From NCBI GenBank assembly GCA_044892525.1, contig CM097885.1, forward strand, positions 139,934,001 to 139,998,000: 64,000 nt of DNA, in the 5' to 3' direction. Source of the DNA: Schmidtea polychroa (lineage: Eukaryota). The notes under the pieces were generated by a model. It did no database searches, was not told the origin of the DNA, and worked only from the letters and a program-made list of their open reading frames with translations. Positions 29,853-39,009 of this stretch are shown here, one piece after another. The translations under genes were made by a program, and so were the position numbers. The first letter of the stretch is position 1, and each line of letters starts with the position of its first letter.

Positions 29853-30554
29853 ATGAACACTGAAAACGGACAACCCAGCATAACATCTATAATCGAGTTA
29901 GAAGAGGGAGAAATTGAAGTTGATGAAGTGGAGAGGAAGAAAACTATCAAGGAAGAATTACAAGAAGAGAGACAGGAAAACGAAAGATTAGTTGAAAGAT
30001 GGAGAGATAATCGAAAAATGATTAAAGTATTGAAAAGAGAATATATCTTGTTAGAAGGAATAAAGAAAGAAGTAGAGGAAGAAAACGAATGGCTTCACGA
30101 GCAAAGAAAGCGAGGGAGAAATTGGGAAAAGATCGCGGAAGAATTATGGCAGGAGAGGGCCAGTCGAAAGGCCGACGAAGTGATTAGTGACTATTGGAAA
30201 ACCGAGGCACGGAAACACCAAGAAAGCCTGAAAGAGTTACAACTCCAACTACACCAAAAACAGAAAGAATGTGAGATAATGAGACGAATGAACAACAAAT
30301 ACCAGGAAATAGACAACGAAGAGGACGGGGAAAGGGAAAATGATTTTCTACAGATAATGAACCATAGAAACCTCGAAAGAGCAACACAAGAAATAAAAGC
30401 ACTAAAAGGAAAAATAATAACCCTAAGGCAACAGTTAGACGAAAGAGACAAACAATTAAAAGTACTACCCGAATTGAGAAAACGAGTAATAAAAGCGGAA
30501 ACGAGAGTGATGAGAACATCCGAGAAAACCCGTAAAAAGAAAACCCGGCAATAA
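29853..30554 (+). CDS. Accessory coiled-coil protein, 233 aa
   Basis: Intact E/K/R-rich heptad ORF with an acceptor-like TTATAG just before the ATG. Confidence 0.75.
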   Translation: MNTENGQPSITSIIELEEGEIEVDEVERKKTIKEELQEERQENERLVERWRDNRKMIKVLKREYILLEGIKKEVEEENEWLHEQRKRGRNWEKIAEELWQERASRKADEVISDYWKTEARKHQESLKELQLQLHQKQKECEIMRRMNNKYQEIDNEEDGERENDFLQIMNHRNLERATQEIKALKGKIITLRQQLDERDKQLKVLPELRKRVIKAETRVMRTSEKTRKKKTRQ

Positions 30555-30609
30555 TTAAAGATGAATGATCAATGTAAATAATTGTAAATAAAAATTTTCG
30601 TATAGTAGT

Positions 30610-31236
30610 ATGTGGTTCGGAGTAACCCTGGTGACAATAATGATGATAGCGATAAACGGGATACCCATGTGGCAGCCAATCCCAACATTCTGGGAGAATC
30701 CCGAGAAACAGCAAAACCCTTTAACCAAACTAAAAAGCGAGAGAAAGCTCTCCAACAACATCCCGAAACAATGCTGGAACAAAGTCGTCTGGGAAAAACT
30801 TCAAATGCAACTCCACCTACAAACCCAAAAAATCGAACAGCTCGAAATTCTCTTACAAGAACAAACCACCCAACAATCCTTGAAGGAAATCATCATGAAG
30901 AAGGAAGTAAAAGAAAGCCAAGTCTTACTCTATACTACCATCAGTGAAACCCTTATCATCTGCGCACTAGTCATCTGGAAAGCGTATGATATTCATCGAA
31001 CATGGAGAAGAAACCAGTCACTATCCGAGAAACAAGAAAGAAAGAACCCACGATCGAAAAATAAACATAAACGAGCAGTACATTTTCAACAACCAAACCC
31101 ACCCGACCAAATGCAACAAAATCTATCTCCTGACCAAATGCCTGTTACAATCCAGCTCCCCACGATAACAACTTCAACCAGCCATCCGACCCAGAATTCA
31201 ACCAACCAAGACATTCCGAACCTTGAGATCATGTGA
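30610..31236 (+). CDS. Accessory type I membrane protein, 208 aa (SP, coiled-coil ectodomain, TM, P/Q/T-rich tail)
   Basis: SP MWFGVTLVTIMMIAING, TM VLLYTTISETLIICALVIW, basic stop-transfer residues follow. Confidence 0.75.
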   Translation: MWFGVTLVTIMMIAINGIPMWQPIPTFWENPEKQQNPLTKLKSERKLSNNIPKQCWNKVVWEKLQMQLHLQTQKIEQLEILLQEQTTQQSLKEIIMKKEVKESQVLLYTTISETLIICALVIWKAYDIHRTWRRNQSLSEKQERKNPRSKNKHKRAVHFQQPNPPDQMQQNLSPDQMPVTIQLPTITTSTSHPTQNSTNQDIPNLEIM

Positions 31237-31433
31237 CATCGACCATTCATAAACTTATTGTGTATAAATCCGGTCACCTAAAGTGGCCACTGCTTGCTTA
31301 TATTTGTCCTTTTATCTGTTTGATTAAAGTATTATTTAGTTATTTTAATTTTATGTTTGTGTGAATGTTGACCGTGAAATTAGTTGTTATGCCGAAAAAA
31401 GGTATGAGTTAAACGTATGATATTATGTGAATT

Positions 31434-31467
31434 GCGGGGCGCAATTTTAACGGGCCCCGGAGTGATT
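31434..31467 (+). promoter_or_regulatory. E1 PPT-equivalent region (atypical, GC hairpin)
   Basis: GCGGGGCGCAATTTTAACGGGCCCCGGAGTGATT directly before the 3' LTR. It resembles the E2 pre-LTR GCGGACATTATCTTAACGGCCCAGGGAGGAA. Confidence 0.5.
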
Positions 31468-34400
31468 TGTTGGGCTAAAATGCGGAGTGGAGAAAACTGG
31501 AGCGAATAGAAAAATAAACCCCGAAAGATAGATGAAATAAAATAAAAATATAAAGTACCATAAAAATCTTACTAGTAAATAGGAAGGAACAATAAAAGAA
31601 CAACAAAAGAATAAGAATAAGTAAACAAACTAAATAAAATCCAATAAACCCCTTAAGATTTAGAAATAAAACGGGTTAAGGTACACAGCGGATAAAATAG
31701 AAATAGAATAAGTAAAAAAGTGACAACAAATAAAAGAGAAATTTAAGAAATAAATAAAAAATAAAACTATCTTTAAGTCTAATTAAAACAAAAAATTATA
31801 TTACAATAAAGTAGCAATAAACCTACAGGAAAAATAGGAGGAAAATAATAAAAATAAGAAAATAAATAAAATAATAATAAGAAATAAGTTAAGTCATTAA
31901 AATCTAATATATTATAATAAAAAACATAAAAATGATAATAAATAGTAAAAATACAAGCAGGTAGCGTCCTGATTGGACGAAAAATACTATATATGTAACG
32001 TGAAAAATTAGACGACAACCACTTTTAATTTTTCACGATTACAGGTAAAATTTTAGAAAAACTTAAAACCACTTTTAATTTTTCACGATTACAGAGCATA
32101 GACTTCAGATATTTCACCGAATTCAGGACTAGAATCGCAAACACTAATTCCAGAGATTTTCAGAACTTACCTTTAATTTAAATTCGATTTCGTTCCAGTT
32201 TTTGAAACTATCAGTAGGTTGATTGATTTATATGTATTAGTTAATTCATTAATGATGAAAAACAAAACTCATTTCGTAAAATAAATTTATTGAAATACAA
32301 ATGGCCTTTTCTTCATGGTGCCGGCGACTGTACCATCTGAGAGCTCCCAGTATGATGTGGACGAGTTGGAAATGTACCACGGTAGAGAACACGACAGTGG
32401 GAAGGTTGACCTTCTTAAGAAATCCCGAAGATGCTGAAAATGAGAATGTGATATTTGCAGAGAAAGATATTTACCATAGGAGAGATCTACCAAGGGTATG
32501 ATGAGGCTGCGGTTGTGTGGAATGAATAACATCATACTTGGAGTCCAAATGATAGGGTCGCCGGGTGAGCTTTATTGATTCATTTATTCTTTATTGATTC
32601 ATTTATTTTTATTGATTCATTTGCTGCTATTTGATTCCTTCATTCATTTTATTATTCATAAATTGTATATTAAATATTGATTTTGTGAAAAACGAGTCGA
32701 ACGGTCCCTCATGACGATGCAAGAACGGCGGCAGAGATGATTGCCTTCTTGGGTGGGTCATGAGGGGTGAGGAGACTCCGCAGGTGGAATACTGTTGGCA
32801 GTGGAATTTCTCACCTCGAGCGCGATCTGATAGAGAATCTTTCGTTTTCTTTCATGAAGTCACGCCGAAGTTTCAGAGTAGATAATGTAAATTTCCAAAG
32901 TCGGAGACAATTTTTCGGATTGCGATCAGTAGTTCGTTGTTGTTAGGAAAACTTGCTTTTCCGTCGAATATTGATAGATGTCTGAGTAGGAATGGGCGAT
33001 GAATTGTTAGAGTTTTCACTGGAAGATCTGCTAAGCACTTAAAAATTGAACCCCGAGAGGTACATTGCAGGGACATTAGCGAGTAAACCCATTCATTGAC
33101 TAATTTAGACTTTAGCTTGACATTGAATATCTGATAAAGTTTGGTTTGACGTTGACAGCGGCTCGTCTAAAATGGGAAAGTAAACAAATTTTTTGATAAG
33201 GAAATAAATCACTTGCCGTGAGTCCGAGTGAAGATATCAATAGCGATAGGAGAATCATTAGTTGCCCATGGCCAGATAAATTTCCGACGGGGAAAATCGG
33301 CTGATAATTTGATAAAGTCATCGAACGAGTTGATTGAGAAGGCGGCGGTCGATCGAATGTATTGAGTGGTCTTATCGTGAGTCGACCTAATATCGAAAAT
33401 CCAGAATATAGAGTAATTTTTATCTACTGAATCCGCAAGTCACCCACACAATCGAATTTCTTGAGTTTTGGACACACCAACTGAGTACCCTTCACAACTA
33501 GAGCATCTCTCTACAACTCTACCTCTATAAATCGCTCGCCCACATGTACACATGCATCACACTCAGATTAGGTCACAGTGCACATGTGGATATCATCATT
33601 ACCTAATCATAGGGAGAGAGTCGTACACTGATAACTGCTGGTAGACTACTGGATTGCGTCAGAGAACATGGCAATGCGACGAGAAATTTTTTTTTCTGTC
33701 AGTGTGCAAGTCGCTAGTTAAACGCACCAACATGCATCGTAACGAACCCATCGATAGTTGATGGTATAGATAGACAATCAAATGAACACATAACTGCGCC
33801 CGATTTAAGCGTCACTATGACGATGTTTATGACGTTAAATTTGAAATAACAAATTTGTAATCCATGATAAAAATTTTAAGCGAGGGTATTATGATTTTCT
33901 TACAAACCCGAGGGGTCTACATACAAGACGGGGTGTCCCGGTAATTGCCGATTTTCCGTTCATCATACAGCACGCGTAGAATCTAACGACGTAGCAGCAA
34001 AATGAGTAAAATATAATTGTTAAAATGTAACAACGATAATTAAGATAATAGCGTTCATAGTAACGAATTTACCGTTATGCCGTAGTTAAAAATAGTCAAA
34101 CCCGTAAAGTAAACCTAAAAGCTAGCATAATGAATTGTTTTCATGAATCCCGTTTTCTTCTCATAAAGTAGTGATGATTACATGGGTCAGTTTAGATGTT
34201 TGAGATTGCATGAAGGTGAGTATTTGCCGACGGGGTAGATCGGTAGGCCACTCTTGGATAACTTGGTCGGGGAGGTCTTAAATTTCGTTTTCCGAACATA
34301 TGAATAAGACCCCAGCGAATTTTTTTATTTAAAAATAAAAATTTCTTAACAATTTAGATGAATACTTCAACCAGTTCCGGGAAAACCCTCAGACCTTGCT

Positions 34401-35657
34401 TTTCCTGTGCTGATAAAAATGCCGATATCGCACAGCTCCACTTGTACATCGGGGAATTGAAGAAGAGAATTGACCTCTATGAGGGAACGTGGTTCTCCCC
34501 ACCACAAATGAAGGAGGAGAAGAGCAAGATTCTGCGTTTGGAGCACTGCCGTGACAGTCTCCTGGAAGAAAGCAGGTGCCAGAGGTTAACCATAAAGGCC
34601 CAATCAGAGGCACTGCACAAGGTGTATTCCGAATCAGAACTAGCGAAGCGAGTTCGCGAGTACCCGATACAAGATGGGACTAACGTGTTCCCAATGCACC
34701 ACAAATTAGCTGAAACCTCATCAATATCCAGTTGTAAAGGGCATGGCCCACAAATGCCGCCAATTCCCGCCCCAGTCCTTTCAGGCGATCGACCTATGGC
34801 TGGCGGTTCATCGGACCCTATCTTGGCTCCAGTACTCGTGCCACACCTCCTTCAGCCCCCAGCAGAAGCTACACTCCCCCATCGAAAGCGTAAGCGGCTG
34901 ACGCGTTCTGAAAAAAATCAGAAGCGGAGGAATGCCATGGCCGCGCTCGAAGCATCGCTATCTGTAGCCAAAGCAACTATCAAGGAAATTACAGTTACCC
35001 ATTCCATTCCTACAAAGGAAGTATTCCGGGTAGTTCCGGCCGGTAGTATCAAATTCCTCGAAGACCGCCGGCTGCCCGTTGACATCGACGAGATGCTCGC
35101 AGAGGGAGAAGCATTCTCGTAGCCAATTCTCTCTCGGGTCTCGATTCCCTGCTATTACGAACGAACTTGAAGAAGCGACGTTATCTCGTGACTAAACTTT
35201 AATGTTTTGCATTTACTTAAACAATGCTGAATGTAATTTGATGTTCCGTTCTAATATAACTGTTCGATTTTCTTTGATTGTGTTAATTGTATGTATGATT
35301 TGCTACGGTTGAATTGCATGAGAGAAGGATCACGAATATATAGTAGAAACTTAAATGTCGTACCTTTTGGACCAGGGTCAGACTGAATGATGCGTATAGA
35401 ATGGGTAAGACCTTCTAAGGCACCGTAGAACCCGAACCGAGAAAGGGTTAGGAGTAGTCCTAACGCAGGGGCTCACCTGCTAACTTTTTCCAACCCGTGT
35501 GAGCAGTACCAACGTGGAACATCACCACGGGCTCATACGTGGGAATATGCGAACGATCATTTGGAGTGTGTGAGGGAATGGTCTGAGTAGAATAATGATA
35601 CCTGATGCGGATGATAATCATGCCCATACGTTTTCTTTTCCCCCACATACGCCAACA
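31468..35657 (+). repeat. E1 3' LTR (4,190 bp)
   Basis: Copy of 5074-9263, followed by TSD CGAC. Confidence 0.97.
34358..35122 (+). CDS. 3'-LTR copy of the 254-aa LTR ORF
   Basis: Identical to 7964-8728 except T->K (SVATAT vs SVAKAT). Confidence 0.75.
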   Translation: MNTSTSSGKTLRPCFSCADKNADIAQLHLYIGELKKRIDLYEGTWFSPPQMKEEKSKILRLEHCRDSLLEESRCQRLTIKAQSEALHKVYSESELAKRVREYPIQDGTNVFPMHHKLAETSSISSCKGHGPQMPPIPAPVLSGDRPMAGGSSDPILAPVLVPHLLQPPAEATLPHRKRKRLTRSEKNQKRRNAMAALEASLSVAKATIKEITVTHSIPTKEVFRVVPAGSIKFLEDRRLPVDIDEMLAEGEAFS

Positions 35658-36036
35658 CGACCAATACCCATAGGGGGACAAAATATCTTGTCAGATAAAC
35701 TCTGATTATATATAATAATAATAATGTCTTCGTTAATTGCAATGTCAGTGTTAAAATTGGGGTAGGGAAAACACGCTCAATTAGTTTGATATAGTTTTAA
35801 AAATTTGAAACTTTGAGGGGATAACGCTGACCTTAAAAAATATGACCTTGACATTAAAAATTGACCTTAAAATTTTGACCTTGACCTTTTCTTCTTTTTA
35901 GGGTTTTGAAAACTTGTTATAGTTTTTCTTTTTATTATTTACAAGTTTAAATATTTTGTAAAACGTATAGCTAGCTACGTCCTACCAGGATTTTCCATGG
36001 GATCCACTAAAATTTATTTAGTAAAATTTAAGTTAA

Positions 36037-37084
36037 TGTTAGATGATGAGGGTAGGCCCATCACTACATTCAATTTAGATAAATATTATAGAACAGGGCC
36101 AGGCAAGTACAGGGTTAACGTGTACGCCGAAGAACGCCAGTAAAAGATTTCTCGTCGATACCCATCTATGAAAGCCAGATCGGCAACCAAACAATCCAAT
36201 TTCCCAAGCAAGAACCGATAGTTGAGCAGTGACTTTCATCGATATTCATTTATGTGTCAATAACCTTTATCGATATTCATTTATGTGTCAATAACTTTAT
36301 AATAATTTATTTTATTTCATGTGTGATTTATTGTAAAGAACACCATTTGTGAACTTTAGCAAACTCTGATCTTTTCATCGAATTTGTAGTGTGAATTTTT
36401 ATTTTTCAGTGTATTTTTTAATTTTAAACACAAATAAAAATAATGCATTTAAAAAAGAAATTAATTTAATTTAAAACTTACCACTAAAAATAATTCCAAA
36501 CATTTCCAATAAAATCAAAAGTAAACATAACATTTCCAATAAAATCAAAAATAAACATTTATATTCTGGTGAAAAAATCAATTCTAAAATAAACAGTTAT
36601 ATTAGAAAAATAAAAACCAATTTATTATATTAGAAAAATAAAACCAATTTAAAGTAAAAATAAACATTCGAATATAGAAAAAATAAAATAAATATTTATT
36701 TAATATTAGACATAGGAAAAATTTAGTATATAAGCAATCGTTAAAATCAGTTTATTCGCCCAAAAAATAGCGCAAAGATTTTATATTCGAAGGTAAATCC
36801 TGAGGATAATTCAATCATTTGAATCAGCACAAAACGATTCACAAATAATAAAAGCTTGCTAAGACACAACACGCACACACAACAAATAACAATACATATA
36901 CTTCTTTTTGCACGCATTTTGAGTTGAATAAATTGATAAACAAGTACCAACTTTTTTCAGAATTGTAACTGGATTTTATTTGGTAAATTTTATATTCAAT
37001 ACATTTTATTATATATTCGTCTTTGTTTTGATATATATATAAGAACCAGTAAGTTGGGTGTTCCCGATTATCGAGACCTCAACA
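36037..37084 (+). repeat. E2 5' LTR (1,048 bp)
   Basis: No differences from 48499-49546 in the segments compared by eye. Contains short internal duplications (TCGATATTCATTTATGTGTCAATAAC x2; AACATTTCCAATAAAATCAAAA x2). Confidence 0.97.
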
Positions 37085-37086
37085 TT

Positions 37087-37104
37087 TGGTGCCGCGAACC
37101 GGGA
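37087..37104 (+). promoter_or_regulatory. E2 primer binding site, most like tRNA-Phe
   Basis: TGGTGCCGCGAACCGGGA, 2 nt after the LTR. The vertebrate Phe PBS is TGGTGCCGAAACCCGGGA. The assignment needs the host tRNA set. Confidence 0.7.
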
Positions 37105-37323
37105 CTTTAAAATCAATTATTGTTATTCACAATTTGGGGGATAGGAATTGAGATCAGAGGGTATAGTATTTTATATTGGGAAAATATATTTATAAAAACA
37201 ATATCATTGACCAATTTTTAAATAAATAAATTCAGTTTTGAAAATTATTAAATAATTCAAAAAGATAAAATAGATAATCAACCCGAAATAGTTTATAATC
37301 TCAGAAATAGAATAGTCTATAGG

Positions 37324-39009
37324 ATGAATAATAATAATAATAATTACATAAAAATTTTACCAGTAGAACCATATAGAGGAGAGCCTGAAAAGTTCGACGA
37401 TTTTTTCACTGAGATCGCTCAGTATGCAGAAGCTTGTGGTTGGACACCTGATGAGTTAAAAATGAGAATACCACTATATTTAAAAGGTTATGCGTTACAG
37501 GCATACAATAACTTAGAATGTAAAGGAAATAATTTTGATCAACTCGTAAGATATCTGAGAGCAGAAATAGTAATCGATAGCGACTTACAAAAGATAAATG
37601 TTCAAAAATTTAGAAACAGATACCAAGGTACTAGAGAATCAGTTGGTGAATATGTATATACGATTACGGAGTTAGCGAAAAAGGCATTTGGTGCAGGCGA
37701 GCACACAGCAAAATTAATTGAGGATCAGTTTTGGAATGGTATACAAAAATATTTATATAAAGCACTAATTATGGTAGAATATGGTAATTTAAATGAATTA
37801 GTTCATAAAGCTAAGCGTATAGAAGCAATACAACGAGATAGATTTAGTTCACATGTAGATGCAATGGAAATTCAAAAGCCCATAGAGGTAAAATCTGAGT
37901 TGGGTAAGTCAGATGACAATATCCCCTGGGAGGAGATGAAGCAATTATATTTAAACTTTGTAAAAAATAGACGAAGGGTAAGCCCGAGTCCAGATAGAAG
38001 TCAATCACCTGAAAACAGGAGGAGGTTCGATAATGTGAGAAATAGAAATTTTGAGAATAGAAACAATAGAAATACTTTCGATAGAGACAATCGTAATGAA
38101 TATAATAGAAATAATTATACGAGAGATAATCGAGTCGATTTTAGTAGAAATAATTTGAGAAATAATAAATATGATAGAAATAATAGATATGATAATAGAG
38201 ATAATACAAATGAATTGAGACGTAGACAGACAAGTCCATATAGACAGAATTCATACAGAGAAAGGCGAGGGAGCCCTTATAATAATGATGGTAGAGATAA
38301 AGTAAATTTTAATGGACAAATCAAATGTTATAATTGCCAGAAATATGGTCACTTAGCTAAAGTATGCAATAATGCGCGAAGCGAATCGCCTAATAGAGTG
38401 AGATTTAAAAATGAGCCTGAGATAAAACAGATTAATAGTGCTGAGTTGATATCAGCTAATGATGAAATAAACAGTTTGAGAGAGGAATTAAAAGAATTTA
38501 AAACTCAATATGGGAGACTTATTGAGAGAAAGTTAGAAATGTCATTAAATGAGTTTCAGTGTTTTACCAATGATGTAGATATAGATAATGATGAGTTTCG
38601 TGAAGCAAGAGAAGCGGATGAGAAATTTCTTGCAGAAGCAAATAGATGTAAAGAATTAAAAGAGGAATTGAAAGAGACATTAGAGAAATGGCCTTATGAT
38701 GATAATGAGACATTGCGTATAATAAATAGAGTTCAAGTCGAAGGAATTGACTTAGAATATTTGAGAAATTTGATACCAATAATGGTAAAGAGACAAAATA
38801 TGACAAGAGTATTTGAATTAGAAATAGAATTGAAAGAAATGATAAAATGCTATGGTGAATTTGTGAGAAAAAATCAGAAATTACATGAGTCATTGAATAT
38901 AACTATTGAGGCAAAGGACCTTTCGAGAATACTTATGCGTAGTACAGGGGTACATGTTTGCACAAAAGTGAATAAAGTGAAACAGATGGCCCGAGAAATT
39001 GGGAGATAA
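37324..39009 (+). CDS. gag: E2 Gag (capsid-like, RN-rich linker, one CCHC knuckle, helical extension, first half of a Ubl domain), 561 aa
   Basis: PYRGEPEKFDDFF...YAEACGW...IPLYLKGYAL gag pattern; CYNCQKYGHLAKVC at ~38326. Confidence 0.93.
   Translation: MNNNNNNYIKILPVEPYRGEPEKFDDFFTEIAQYAEACGWTPDELKMRIPLYLKGYALQAYNNLECKGNNFDQLVRYLRAEIVIDSDLQKINVQKFRNRYQGTRESVGEYVYTITELAKKAFGAGEHTAKLIEDQFWNGIQKYLYKALIMVEYGNLNELVHKAKRIEAIQRDRFSSHVDAMEIQKPIEVKSELGKSDDNIPWEEMKQLYLNFVKNRRRVSPSPDRSQSPENRRRFDNVRNRNFENRNNRNTFDRDNRNEYNRNNYTRDNRVDFSRNNLRNNKYDRNNRYDNRDNTNELRRRQTSPYRQNSYRERRGSPYNNDGRDKVNFNGQIKCYNCQKYGHLAKVCNNARSESPNRVRFKNEPEIKQINSAELISANDEINSLREELKEFKTQYGRLIERKLEMSLNEFQCFTNDVDIDNDEFREAREADEKFLAEANRCKELKEELKETLEKWPYDDNETLRIINRVQVEGIDLEYLRNLIPIMVKRQNMTRVFELEIELKEMIKCYGEFVRKNQKLHESLNITIEAKDLSRILMRSTGVHVCTKVNKVKQMAREIGR

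Larger units (their letters stand above)
5074..35657 (+). mobile_element. E1: giant full-length Ty3/Gypsy LTR retroelement (30,584 bp) with env-like and accessory genes
   Basis: Two 4,190-bp direct repeats at constant offset 26,394 with TGTTGG...CCAACA termini. 4-bp TSD CGAC at 5070-5073 and 35658-35661. PBS follows the 5' LTR. PR-RT-RH-IN order is Gypsy-type. Confidence 0.97.

Noticed and set aside
5074-35657. 4.19-kb duplicate as an assembly artefact or segmental duplication
   Set aside because: TG...CA ends, a CGAC TSD, a PBS and a few true substitutions between the copies show these are LTRs.
36747-36950. 67-aa minus-strand ORF in the E2 LTRs (also 49209-49412)
   Set aside because: Short, low-complexity, non-ATG start, and duplicated only because it lies in the LTR.
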